The notes: generated from the letters alone by a model not told the origin. 64,000 nt of DNA from the human T2T-CHM13v2.0 reference genome, Homo sapiens (GCF_009914755.1 NC_060931.1); one strand, 5' to 3'. Positions 1 through 13,445 are shown, counted from the stretch's first letter. A program made the numbers and translations.

Positions 1-714
1 GGGAAAAATATAGGCAAATAAGGAAATGTTTACCTCACTTTAATGTTAATAATTCTAACTGTGCAGAACTGATTAATCATAAAGGTGAAGAAAGCCCAGA
101 ACATGGCTGGAGTTTAACCAGGGAGCAGGGGTCCAACTGGAGCTATGCTGCCCATGCACCGATCTCAGTTGCACTGGCAATGGGAGCCTGCATTACACCC
201 CGAAAATCTATGGCTGTGACATCATGAGGCAAGCGCCAGGCAAATGATGTGAAAGATAATCACAGAGAGTCAGTTGTGGGCTGCATCTACCCTACAAAAT
301 CAGGGAATGGAGGGGATGTGTAAAGAGTTTATTAAATGTATGTAACACAGAAAAACAAGAATAGAGTCATGAGGAAGGAATATTTGAGTCAGTGCTGTCA
401 GGAACACTTCTGAGCATAGGACTCCAGCCAATTCACCCACTGAGTCAGGTCAGAGCAGTTCAGCCAATAAGTAACGTTTTACACATCCATTTTGTAAACT
501 ACCTGGAGGAAGCCAAGAACAAGCTCAACATGACCCTTCCTCCTCTAGAGTGTGTGTAATGTCCTGAGACCACAGCAACCTCCGCAGCCTTGGGCTTAAA
601 TTGCCCTAGCTGTTCTCACTCTCCTTGAGGGAAAACAGCTGAGATAGGGCCTTCCCCAGAGGCAGGTGTTGAATGAAGATTCATCTACAACATGTTTTTT
701 GAGTACTGACATTT

Positions 715-860
715 GAACATTGTCATCCACATTTTACACAAGAGTGATCATACAGAGGTTAGCTGACCTGCCCTGGTCCCAGACCAGTTAAGTGATAAAC
801 CAGGATGTGAATCTTGTTAGGTTCTGACTCCAGGAGTTAAGCCTCTGTTGATTGTGAAAC
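715..860 (-). mobile_element. MIR SINE fragment
   Basis: Degenerate MIR core in antisense (catccacattttacac...agaggttagctgacctgccc...tctgactcca). Confidence 0.55.
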
Positions 861-905
861 AGTATGTTTGGATACCACATTGCCTCCCTCTTGTTAAAGT
901 CTTGA

Positions 906-1272
<367 letters not shown>

Positions 1273-1399
1273 TGAGCCAAGAGATACATAGCCCAACTTT
1301 TGAAGACTGGACAGCTTTGTGGAAATGATTTGTGCTAATGGAGCACAAGCAAGCTCACAGTGACAAAGCTCATGCCAGCAGAGAGTGAACAGCATAATA

Positions 1400-1620
1400 C
1401 TGAACAGTGTTGAGAACATGGGCTTTATAATCATGCAGACCTGGGCTCAGGTCCTGGTTCTGCAATTTAATCAGTGACCTTGAGGGAGTTACTTCAGTTT
1501 TCTTCATCTGTGAAAATGTTACGGGATCGCTATAAGAATTAACTAAACAAATGATGAAAACTCTTGGCATAGTGCCTGGTACATAAAAAGAGCTTTATGA
1601 ATGCCAGCTATTATTATTAA
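1400..1620 (+). mobile_element. MIR SINE
   Basis: agacctgggctcaggtcctggttctgc...tcagttttcttcatctgtgaaaatg...cttggcatagtgcctggtacat...agctattattatt. Confidence 0.85.
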
Positions 1621-1899
1621 TGTTGCTATTATTGTATTTGCAATCATGTTTCCATATCACACATTTTTTTCTTTTCCAAGAAAACAAATTTTGCCTATTC
1701 AATCCTTTCTTATGAACCCATAGGATGCAACAGAGAGCTTAAATATATTTTATAGATGATTACTTGTCACTAGAGAATTTGAAATAGAACACTAGTGAAT
1801 TAGGAAATTACTTACTGTCATAGATATGTGCATGTACTAAGATATTAATATTCTAGCATAAGAGGAAGGTAAACAGATAATGAAGAAAAAGTTAATTAC

Positions 1900-2490
1900 T
1901 AGTGCTAATTTTCTTAGGAATGAAAATGATAATGTGGTCATGTAAGAAAATGTCCTCAATCTTAGGGGAAACACATTGAAGTATTTAGGAATGAGGTGTT
2001 TTGAGACCTACTCCTACAATATAGTCTCAGTGGGACTACTGGGTTCTTGAACACCCTGGGAACATAGGCAGTAACAGGATTTGCTGTTCATATTTTTTCA
2101 AGGATATTTGCATAGAGAACAGTCTTGAAAGACAGAGATAACGTCTTCCTCCGGAACAGAAGTCAAGCAGGTTTGTTTGCAGTCCTCTAACAACAGTTTG
2201 GGGCTCCTCAACTGTGACATTAACCTTCTGCATGCACAGCATTCATGTGTGCCTGTTTTTGTAACTCTCCTGTAGAATTTGGAGGACGGGGGAACCAATG
2301 TGAACCTTAAGTTAGTGCTGCCTGCTGTGCTATAATAACAATTTCTGGTTCTTGACCCAGTAGTCATATGTCTTCCACTAATATCCATGAAATTCGAGCA
2401 GGCTAACTTGTGAGTTTTCAAATAAGATAAAACCTCACTCTTCACAGTTCTTAACACATACTTTCAAATGTTTGAGCCAAGTAAACGTGT
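1900..2490 (+). mobile_element. Old L1 (L1ME-type) 3' UTR fragment split by LTR40
   Basis: gataatgtggtcatgtaagaaaatgtcc...gaagtatttagg, resuming after the LTR as tactttcaaatg. Confidence 0.5.
2012..2456 (+). mobile_element. LTR40-family (ERV-L) solo LTR
   Basis: ttttcaaggatatttgcatagagaacagtcttgaaagacagagataacgtc and 3' end atccatgaaa...gcaggctaacttgt...cttcacagttcttaaca match the recalled LTR40 consensus. Confidence 0.75.
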
Positions 2491-2504
2491 GTGCATATGT
2501 ACAT

Positions 2505-3605
2505 ATACTATATATATTATATATATTTATATTATATAATATGTATTTATATACAATATATAAATATACATTATTAATATAAATATATAATATATTATTA
2601 ATCTAAATATAATCTATTAATATAGAATACATAAACATATTATATATAATAAATATAGAATAAACGTATTATATATAATAAATATAGAATATATAAACGT
2701 ATTATATATAATAAATATAGAATATATAAATGTAATATATAATAAATATAGAATATATAAACGTATTACATATAATAAATATAGAATATATAAACGTATT
2801 ACATATAATAAATATAGAATATATAAACGTATTACATATAAAAAATATAGAATGTATAAACGTATTACATACAATAAATATAGAATATATAAGCGTATTA
2901 CATATAATAAATATAGAATATATAAACGTATTACATATAATATAGAATATATAAACGTATTATATATAAATATATAATATATAAACATAAAGGTATTATA
3001 TATAATACAGAAACGTATTATATATAATATATAATACAGAAACGTATTATATATAATATATAATACAGAAACGTATTATATATAATATATAATACAGAAA
3101 CGTATTATATATAATATATAATACAGAAACGTATTATATATAATATATAATACAGAAACGTATTATATAATACATAATATATAAATGTATTATATAATAT
3201 ATAATATATAAACCTGTTATATATAATATATAAACGTATATAACATATAAACATATAATATATAATATAGAAACATATTATATATAATATATAATATAGA
3301 AACATATTATATATAATATATAATATAGAAACATATATATAATATATAATATAGAAACATATATAATATATAATATAGAAACATATTATATATAATATAT
3401 AATATAGAAACATATTATATATAATATATAATATAGAAACATATATATAATATATAATATAGAAACATATTATATATAATATATAATATAGAAACATATT
3501 ATATATAATATATAATATAGAAACATATTATATATAATATATAATATAGAAACATATATATAATATATAAATACAAATATTATATATATAAATATATATA
3601 TATAT
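2505..3605. repeat. AT-rich compound minisatellite (33-bp then 29-bp units)
   Basis: 33-bp unit atataataaatatagaatatataaacgtattac at about 2620-2990; 29-bp unit atataatatataatacagaaacgtattat from about 2995; gaaacat variant at about 3265-3560. Confidence 0.95.
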
Positions 3606-3893
3606 AGAGAGAGAGAGACAAGGTCTCACTCTGTCACCCAGGATGGAGTGCAGTGGTGTGATCTAGGTTCACTGCAGCCTCCACCTCCCCAGCTCAAGGG
3701 ATCCTCACCTCAGCCTCCCGAGTAGCTGGGACCACAGGCATGCACCACCACACCCAGTTAATTTTTGTATTTTTTGTAATGACCGGGTTTCTCCTCATTA
3801 CCTAGTTTGGTCTCAAACTCCTAGACTCAAGCAGTTCTCCTGCCTGGGCCTCCCAAAGTCCTGGGATTACGGGCATGAGCCACCTGGCCCAGC
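3606..3893 (-). mobile_element. AluJ, with a short (GA)n at the tail position
   Basis: gagacaaggtctcactctgtcaccc...cactgcagcctcc...ctcctagactcaagcag J-type diagnostics. Confidence 0.9.
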
Positions 3894-4219
3894 TAGAACA
3901 CAGGTATATTAACCTTAGCTATAAATCACTGAATTCTACACTTGAGCACATGGTCCCAAGTGGAAATTGAAAGAAAGTAGGCGTCCCTGGAGTTTTGTGG
4001 CCATGCAGGTATTGGGTGGCTTTTGGAGGGTTCTCCAGCTGTTGCTTCAAATATGAAATTAAGAGAAATCCATTCAAGAGGGTTTCAGCAGGTATAAAGC
4101 AGCATATAGTCTGGCTCAGCACTTAAAAAACACTCAGATAAGTATTTAACTAGATACATTATTTGCACACTGTTTTACCCTTTTCCTCTTACACATGCAT
4201 TCAGCAATATTTCTGAGAC

Positions 4220-4395
4220 ATTTAGTAAGGACCTATTTTGTGCCAGGTATCACAATACATCTTATAATAACCCTGTGATAGGTGGGTGGGAGTTATTATC
4301 AAACCTATTTTGCAGTAGCACAAGGTTTAAGAATTTGCCTGACACTCAGAATGACAGAGCTGGAATGTGGAATTATAATCAATCTTGACATCTTC
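4220..4395 (-). mobile_element. MIR fragment
   Basis: tgtgccagg...ataaccctgtgatagg...cctattttgcag...tgacagagctggaat. Confidence 0.55.
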
Positions 4396-4832
4396 CAGCA
4401 GTCCATGAATTTTATAAGACATAGATCAGCAAGGTTATTAGGGTCAACTTTATACTCTTTCTGAATTAGAAAAATTTAACCTGGAAAATGTTCTTTTTTG
4501 AACACTTTTCATGAAAAATGTTATTCATACTGAACTGATGTTTGCACTATTTCATGATGAGAAATGTTCATTTAATTTAAGGTGTACTGAATATTAATTT
4601 ACTGAGGTCTGAACAGAGAAGCACTGAATTGTGTCTTTCGAAATGAGAGAGATTGTGGTGTTCATTTGTCTAGTCCAACTATTTTATAATAAACCGGGCT
4701 CAGGGATGTTCAATGAAATATTACATTCAAATTTACGTAACTGCATTTCTCTTGTAACAATAAACAATAATTTTCAAGGCATGAGAAAACTTCTGGACTT
4801 ACAATCAAATGTAACATTTTAATTGTCAAATT

Positions 4833-5154
4833 CTTTTTATCTTTTTTCCAGCATTATTGAAATGTGATTGATAAATAAAAATTGCATATATCTAAGGTAT
4901 ACAAGCTGATGATTTGATAGGCATATACATTGTGAACTTACAACCACAGTCAAGCTAATTAATATATATCCATCACCTCACCTATTTACCCTTTTTTTTT
5001 TGCTGCTGAGAAGTTTTAAAATCTATTCTCTTAGCAAGTTTCAAGTATTCAATACATTATTATAAACTATAGTCACCATGCTATACATTAGATCTCCAGA
5101 ACTTATTCATCTCATAAGAGAAAGTTTGTACCATTTGACAAACATTTCCTCATT
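4833..5154 (-). mobile_element. L1MA (MA8/9-like) 3' end, sense segment of a 5'-inverted insertion
   Basis: T-rich tail, then antisense 3' UTR (ccatcacctca, actatagtcaccatgctatacattagatctccagaacttattcatc). Confidence 0.85.
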
Positions 5155-5503
5155 ATGATCCAGCAATCCCAATTCTGGTATATATCCAAAGGAAATGAAA
5201 TCAGTATCTCAAAGAGATATTTGTACCTACATGTTCATTGAAGCACTAGTTACAATAGACAAGATATGGAAACAATCTGATTGTCTGTGAGTGAATGAAT
5301 GACTTGAGAAAATGCAGTAAATATGTACAATGGAATATTATTCAGCTTTAAAAAAGAAGGAAATCCTGCCATTGAAACAACATGGGTGAACCTCGAAGAC
5401 ATTATGCTAAGTAAAATAAACCAGACACAGAGAGAAAAATACCACATGGCCTTATTTATATGTGGAATCTTAAGAAATGGCAAACTCATAGAATCAGAGA
5501 GTA
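5155..5503 (+). mobile_element. L1MA inverted segment (ORF2 C-terminus and start of 3' UTR)
   Basis: atgatccagcaatccc...; translation NPAIETTWVNLEDIMLSKINQTQREKY is ORF2 C-terminal sequence. Confidence 0.85.
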
Positions 5504-6014
5504 AAAAAAATTTTATATTATTGATATCTTCTTACTTCAGTAAGATCTATAATCCACTCTATTTTTGCAATGCATTATCTGACTTCATATCCAGATATTT
5601 AAAGATTAGTTTATTAATGATTCCTTAGCTAGTATGAACAATCTAAATATGTTCTCATTATTTAACAGTTATTTTAAAGACCTTATTTAAAGTATTAATA
5701 GTCTTTATTTATTTAATAGCATATTAAGCTTGGGGAAGTTTGTCTAAATTCTAAATCCATAATGATTTGACAAAATTCAGGTTTTCCTTTAAAATGTGAA
5801 TTTAAGTGACAGCTCAGGTAATGAAATGACTAGCTACACTTAAAATCTTTCAGTTGATTTGGGGAACCCCAAAGAAAGATAAATTGAAAATATACACAGC
5901 AAAATCATTATGTTGACAACATGCCATCTTACAAGTGTTCATATGTAAAACATAGTCAACATAATCTTTTGAGCATCAGATTTTCATGAATATCCAAGTA
6001 ATATCTCTTAAAAA

Positions 6015-6344
6015 ATTTTTTTATTACTTTTTTTTAAGATTCAGGGTCTCCCTCTGTCAGGCTGAATTGCAATGATGCAATCATGGCTCACTGCAGGCTC
6101 AAACTCCTGGACTCAAGTGATTCTCCCACTTCAGTCTCTCAGGTAGTTGTATACACCTGTATTTCCTGTAACCAGTAACAAGGTGTGTACCCAGTTACTT
6201 TTTAATTTTTTTTTTTTTTTTTTTGTAGAGACAAAGTGGTGTTATATTGCCCATGCTGATCTTGAACTCCTAGCCTCAAGCAATCCTCCCACCTCAGCCT
6301 CCCAAAGTATTGGGATTATAGGTATAAGCCACCCCCACCTGGCC
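6015..6344 (-). mobile_element. AluJ with rearranged internal segment
   Basis: J diagnostics (atcatggctcactgcagg, ctcaagcaatcctcccacc); possible TSD aatatctctta/aatacctctca. Confidence 0.9.
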
Positions 6345-8902
6345 AATACCTCTCACTGGATACAACTTTTTCATAATCATGAGATTTTTATCTATATACC
6401 AAATATGGCCCTTGATTTATATAGCAAAGTCAAGCTGATCCTAAGCTGGATTTTTTCACAGATTCCCTTAGATTTTAAAATATATGGTTAACTATTAAGC
6501 CATCTGAATCCTTTGGGTCTATCACATAGGTCAAACTGTCTTAAAGAGATAGAATTTATTGTCTGATTTCTGATTGTTTTCATTAAAAAGCAGGAAAACA
6601 GTGTCAATAGGTTTTTATGGCATTTAATTATTTTTAAAGCAGAAAATGAAAACTATCAAAAGTGAATATGAGGTAAGAAGAAAACCAAATATGAAGAAGA
6701 CAAAGAGGTTGTGAAACATACACAATAGTTGTATCTATTCAAACAAGAAAGAAAGAGAAGTAGAGAGGGAGGAAATCTGTTCGGTTAGTCCAATTCTATT
6801 TGGATGACATGGTTAATGTCAAAAGCAGAATATAAAAAGTATAATGTTTGTCTCATACTTGTAAAAGTGTTCATTGAAGATTTAGCTACTTTATATCTAA
6901 AGGTTTTTTATTTTTAGCAATTTTAACTGAGAGACAGGGTTCTCAACCATTTTTTAAACTACAGTTGCTTTGAACAAGCATAGAAATTTTATAAACTCTT
7001 AGGAATTTATATATACATTTTGGGGGGGTCACCTAAGTCTTAAATGAAAATCAATCTTTTCTATGTATTCCCATCAAGTCAAAAAGATTTTTGTCCAGTT
7101 TAAATTGCCATATTAAAAACAATAGATAGGTATTCCTTTTCAAAATAAAAGGGATATAATATTAATTATGCTTTTCAAACTGCATCTTGACTTTTTCTTA
7201 TATATATTTTGATAAACTCTCATATATTGGTATGAATGAAATATTAGGTGCTGTTTAAGAACTGTATAACTCACAGAAATGGGATTTCTGAAAATATTAC
7301 CATTCAAAGTATCTTTTTAGTGGGTTAATATTTTTATAATTTGTCCATCGGATATTATTGGATTATTATTATCCAGTATACTGTTAATAAACCAAGTCAT
7401 TATATTTGAAGAAATACCTTTAAGTAGCTTTGTAAATATTAATAACATCAATAACATCATTTACCAAGGATCTACTGAGCACCTTGAGATATGTGATGTA
7501 GATGCATTGACTACTAACAAGAAAACAAAATGAAAAGAATTAACCACTAATAGGATGTATTCGATGTTTTATTAATAACACCACACGGTCCATACCATGT
7601 TGTAGAAATACAGATATTATGTTCTGGATATACAACTACAGGTAAAGAGATAGAAGAGATCATAAACTATATAGCCGAATCAACTTAATAATATAGCCGA
7701 CTGAGGAATCAAGAAATTGTACTAGTTGGGAAAAGTTCTAAAAGAGTCCTCTGAATTTTAGCACCAAAATATATAACACTGAATAGATAAATACAGATAT
7801 ATGAGGTTTAAAAAATCAACCTTCTTGCCTTTCACCAAACTGAGGGACAGAAAATAGATTATTATATTCAACCTGAAAATAGACACATGCAATATTCTTC
7901 ATTATCATTCTTGGCTCTTTTGTGAGCGAAGCACTCAGCAAGTCTTTAACTCACTCTAGTCCTCAGACATTTTATCTGAGGAATAAATCTGGATGATCTT
8001 TTCTAGAGTTTTCTTCCTACCCTCATATTATTCTGTACTTTCGTGAAGGTGCCCAGAATTCAACCTTTTCACTTGCCAAGAATCTTAAAACTATAACGAA
8101 ATATATCACCTAAACATGATCTACACTTCCCTAATTTTGCCATTGGATCTCAAGTGTTAATTCAAAATTTCACAAGTTATCCTTTCATTTTGTATATTAG
8201 CCTGAGTCTATAGATGCAATTAAAAGTTCTTTATGGCTTTTATTTTGATCTGGGAATTGAGTCGATTGCTATCACTCCAACTTGGTGTATACTGTATAAA
8301 TAAATATACTGTATAAATATTTACTCAAATACCGGTTTTAAAGTGTTAATTCTGCCAAATTAAAAAGTTTTCTTTGTGCTTGTCAGTGATTTATAGTGTG
8401 TCTTATCTTTCTTATCTAAGTATCTATGAAAATGAAAAATAAATGGAGGGAAATATTTTTGAAATTATTATGGTTAAATTATATAAGAGTGGAATATAGA
8501 TTAGAAGATGTTTTTCTCCTATATATGAAGTATTACAGAATGTTAGTACAGGAAATATTTGGGAAAATGTACCACAGTTAGGGACACCACTTAGCACATA
8601 TCAACATATGTGTCTCTTCTATTCTATGCCTTCTTCCATTAAGGGTACCCTATACCCAGGTCCTGGTGCACATTAAGGGCCCATGACTGTTTGCTGAGTG
8701 AGTAAACAATGATCTCTGTCTCTTTTTTTGTAGATATGGCTATTGAGGTAGAGAGAAATTATGTCATTTGCTATTTTGCAACAAAACCAAAATTAGAATC
8801 TAGGCCTTCTGACTCATACTGCAGTTGTACTTTTTACATTAAACATATATAAGAATTTTAACATTTGTTAGATATATAATAAAAAAGAACTTCTACATAT
8901 GA

Positions 8903-9239
8903 GTGTTTTTGTCCAGTCAGGCTGCTATAACAAAATACCTTAGACTGAGTAACTTACAAAATTTCTCACAATAACGTAGGTTGAGAAGTTCAAGATCAAG
9001 GCAATGGCAGTGCGGGGTGAGGGTCCTCACAGACAGTGATTTCTAGTGGTGTACTTACATATGGAAGGGGCAAAGCAGTTCTTTGGGACCACTTTTATAA
9101 GAGCACAAATCCCATTCATCAGAGCATCCATCCTCCCAACCTAATCACCATCTAAAAGGCCCCATCTTCCAATACATCTTCTTAAGGATTAAAATTTCAA
9201 CATTTAAATTTTGGGGGAACACAAACATTGACTATAGCA
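8903..9239 (-). mobile_element. MLT1A-type MaLR solo LTR
   Basis: caggctgctataacaaaatacc...aagttcaagatcaagg...aattttgggggaacacaaacattgactatagca. Confidence 0.85.
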
Positions 9240-9689
9240 ATAATAATTTTCACTTAGAGACTGAAGACCTTTTTTAAACTCACTACTTCAACTGGAAATG
9301 TAACCAATGGCCTAGTAAAGTGGCCAGGGCTTAAATCGCCAGGTTGACTGCTTAGACCTCATTACGTGCTGCTTCTCTATCTTATGTACTCTGTGGGGAT
9401 GCAGCCTACTTGTTTTGGTAGAGAGCCCTGAGTTCTAATAGAGTCTCTAAAATGCAGTAGTATTCTGGAATTCTATGTGACCTGGTGGATCTGTTCTAAA
9501 ACTTCAGAACTGAAAAAGACTTACAAGTCGTCTTACCTAACATCTCACCTAACACATGAATTCTTTGTACAGCAGCTCCTACACCAAGCACCCAGGTGTG
9601 ACTGGAACTCCTCCAGATAATGTGTACTACCTCACAGGGCAGCTTGAAGGAAAGGAAGTCAGTTTTTGTTTTGCAGGGTGTTGGGTTGT

Positions 9690-9908
9690 TTATTTATTTT
9701 TTCTTCTTTTCCCAACTTTATTGACGGTTAAAAATGGTGTATGTTTAAGTTGTACAACTTGATAATTTTATATACATAAACATTGTGAAATACCCTCCAT
9801 AATCAACCAAATTAACATATCCATCACCTCACCCAGTTACCACTGTGTGGGGTAGGGGGGCGGGGGAGGTTTGAGAGAGAGAAAATGAGAGTGCTTAAGA
9901 TCTGCCCT
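9690..9908 (-). mobile_element. L1MA 3' terminal fragment
   Basis: caactttattg...aattaacatatccatcacctcac...cttaagatct. Confidence 0.75.
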
Positions 9909-10141
9909 AAGCTTTGAAACTAAAAGATATGCATGACTATAGAAAATGTCCTGAACTTTTTCAATCCTCATATTCCTCATTTTTTAAGTGTAGATACTAA
10001 TATCTACCTCACAGATTATTATGAAGATCAGACAAAATAAATTATATATAGCTCTCTCACACACCAGCACTCAAAATATACTCATTTTCCCCACAGACGC
10101 TTTAGCAATAAATTTGGATAACATTTGCTTCTTCTTAGATA

Positions 10142-10598
10142 TATTAGTTTCCCTTTATTTCCTAAGGTCTGTTATAACAAATTATCACAAACAGAGTCAC
10201 TTGAAACAACAGAAATTTATTCTCTCACAGTTCTGGAACCTGGAAGTCCTAAATCAACATATCAGCAAGGCCATGCACTCTCTGAAGCCTCTAGCCAGAG
10301 ATTGTCCCTTGCGTCTTCCTAGCTTCTGTTGGTTGCCAACGATATTGGCATTCCTTGAAATGTAGACACATCATTCCACTCTTTGCCTCTATCATCACAT
10401 GTTATTATCCCTGTGTGTTTGTCACAAACTCCTCTTTTCTTACAAAGACCCTAGTCCTATTGGATTTAGGGCCCACTGTAACTCAGTGTGACTCATTTTA
10501 ACTGATTATATCCACAAATGTCAGTTCCCAAATAATGTCACATGCAGAGGTTCCGGGTAGACATGAATTTTGGGGAGGACATGATTCCACTCAGCACA
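10142..10598 (-). mobile_element. MLT1 (C/D/E-type) MaLR solo LTR
   Basis: aacaacagaaatttattctctcacagttctgga...attggatttagggccca...gaggttccgggtagacatgaattttgggg. Confidence 0.85.
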
Positions 10599-10681
10599 CT
10601 AGAGTTGTTATTACAGTTAAATAAAATATTATATAAACTGTAAAGTACAAGTAGATTCCACTTCTCACATTTCCAATTGTT

Positions 10682-13417
10682 AGGTACCTTGGAGATATTG
10701 CAGGTTCAGTTCCAGACCACCTCAGTGAAGTGAATATTGCAATAAAAAAAGCCATTCAAATTGTTTGGTTGCCCAGTGCATAAAAAAGTTATGTTTACAT
10801 TATACTATCGGCTACTAAATATGTGATAGCTTTACGTCTAAAAAATGTACATACCTTAATTTAAAAATAGTTTATTGCTAAAAATGCTAATGATCATCTG
10901 AGCCTTAAGAGAGTCAAAATCTTTTGCCTGGTGGAGGGTCTTGCCTCCATGTTGGTGGCTGCTGACTTATCGGGATGTTGGTTGCTGAAGGCTGGGGTGG
11001 CAGTGGCAATCTCTTAAAATAAGACGACAATTAACTTCTCTGCATTGACTGACTCCTTCATGAAAGATTTCTCCTTAGCATATAATGCTGTTTGACAGTA
11101 TTTTACCCCAGTAAAACTTCTTTCAAAGTTGGAGTCAGTCCTCTCATACCCCACCACTGCTTTATTAACTAAGTTTATAGAATATTCTAAATCCTTTGTT
11201 GTCATTTCAACAAGGTTCATAGCACCTTATCAGGAGTAGATTCCATCTCAAGAAGTCATGTCATTTGCCCATCCATAAGAGGCAACTTCTTATTCATTCA
11301 AGTTTCATTATGAGATTGCAGCAATTAAGTCCCATCTTCAGGCTCCACTTCTAATTCTACTTCTCTTACTAGTTCCATCACATCTGCAGTTAATTCCTCC
11401 AATGAAGTTTTGAACCCCTCCAAGTCATCCCTGAGAGTTGTAATCAACTTCTTCCAGATTCCTATTCATGTTGATATTTTGACCTCTTCCCATAAATCAC
11501 AAATGTTGTTAATGGTATGTAGAATGATGAATTTTTTCCAGAAGATTTGTCGCTTACTGTGCCCAGATCCATCATGGAAATCACTATCTAGGGCAGCTAT
11601 AGCCTTATGAGATATATTTCTTAAACAATATTTGAAATATGTATGTCCTAAAATATGTATTTCTTAAATAATATTTTAAAAAATACTTGATGTATTATTT
11701 AACACTTGAATGTCAAAATTACTCTTTGATCCATGGGCTGCAGAATAAATGCTGTGTTGGCAGGCATAAAAAGAACATTACTATCATGTACATCTCCATT
11801 ACAGCTCTTAGGTAAGCAGATGCATTGTCAATAAGCAGTAATACTTTGAATAAAATCTTTTATTTTGAGCAGTAGTTCTCAAAAATAGGCTTAAAATATT
11901 CAGTAAACCATTCTGTAAACAGATGTGTTGTCATTGAGGCTTTGTTACTTCATTTATCAGACACAGGCAGAGTAGATTTAGCACAATTTATAAGGGCCCT
12001 AGGATTTTTTTGAATGGTAAATTTGCATGGGCATCAGTATAAGGTCACCAGCTGCATTCATCTCTAACAAGAGAGTCAGCTTGTCCTTTGAAGTTTTGAA
12101 GCCGGGCATTAACTTCTCTTCTCTAGCTATGAAAGTCCTAGAGGCCATCTTCTTCCAATAGAAGGCTGTTTTGTCTACATCAAAAATCTGTTGTTTACTG
12201 TAGTCACCTTCCTGAATGATCTTAGCTAAGTCTTCTTGATAACTTCCTGTTTCACCTTACACTTTCGTGAAACATATGGAGATAGCTACTTTCCTTAAAC
12301 CTCATAAACCAGCTTCCACTAGTTTCAAACTTTTCTTCTGAAGCTTTCTCACTTTTCTCAGGTTTTATAAAATTGAAGAGAGTTAGGACCTTGTTCTAGG
12401 TTCAGCTTTGGCTTAAATAAATGTGGTCTATACAGACCTCTAAAACTATCTCCATACCAGCAATAAGTCTCTTTTGTTTTCTTATCATTCATATGTTCCC
12501 TGGAGAAGCACTTTTAATTTCCTTTGAGAACTTTTTCTTTGAATTTACGATTTGGCTGTTGGGTTCAAGAGGCCTAGCTTTCAGCCTATCTTGGCTTTTG
12601 ACATGCCTTCCTTACTAAGCTTAATTATATGTAGCTTTTCATTTAAAGTGAGAGACAGGCTGGGTTCAGTGACTCACGCCTATAATCCCAGCACTTTGGG
12701 AGGCCGGGGCAGGAGAATCACTTGAGTCCAAGAGTTCAAGACCAGCCTAGGCAAGATGGTGAGCCCCCATCTCTACAAAAAAAAAAAGAAAAAATTGCTT
12801 TTAAATAGCCAGGCATAGTGGTGCATACCTGTGGTCCCAACTACGTGGGAGACTGAGGTGGGAGAATCACTTGAGCCCAGGAAGTCAAGGCTACAGTGAG
12901 CCATCTTCATGTCATTGGACTCCAGCCTGGTGACAGAGTGAGACCCTGTCTCAAAAAAATAAAGTGAGAGATGTGTAATTCTTTCTTTCACTTGAACCCT
13001 TAGGGGCTATTGTTGGGCTATTAATTGGCTTAATTTCAATATTGTTGTATCTCAGAAAATAGGGAGGTCTGCGGAGAATGAGAGAGGCCAACAGTTGGTC
13101 AGTGGAGCAGTCAGAACATACACAACATTGATCAATGAATCTCACCGTCTTATATGGTCATAGTTTATGGTGCCCAAAACAATTATAATAGTTACATCAA
13201 AGATTACTGATCACAAATCACCAAAACAGATATAATAATTAAAAAGTTTGAAATATTGTGAGAATTACCAAAATGTGACACAGAGACATAAGGTGAGCAA
13301 ATGCTGTTGGAAAAATGGTGCCAATAGACTTGCTTGACAAAGGGTTGCCACAAACCTTCAATGTGTAAAAATGACAATGCCCAATAAAGTGAAGTACAAT
13401 AAAATGAGGCATGACTC
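10682..13417 (-). mobile_element. Tigger1 (Tc1/mariner, pogo-like) DNA transposon, near full length, transposase decayed
   Basis: Both termini recognisable (taccttggagatattgcaggttcagttccagaccac; caataaaatgaggcatgactct); about 2.4 kb without the Alu; minus-strand peptide VEMTTKDLEYSINLVNKAVVGYERTDSNFERS. Confidence 0.95.
12658..12959 (+). mobile_element. AluJ inserted in Tigger1
   Basis: Full dimer; TSD taaagtgagaga at 12644-12655 and 12960-12971. Confidence 0.95.
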
Positions 13418-13445
13418 TGTGTGTGTGTGTGTATGTGTGTGTATA
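13417..13445. repeat. (TG)n microsatellite at the Tigger1 end
   Basis: tgtgtgtgtgtgtgtgtatgtgtgtgta. Confidence 0.85.

Noticed and set aside
2617-3497. 123-aa and 130-aa Y/I/L-rich ORFs
   Set aside because: Translations of the AT-rich minisatellite; the 11-aa period equals the 33-bp unit
2620-3560. CRISPR-like periodic array
   Set aside because: Units are contiguous with no unique spacers, and the context is human with no cas genes
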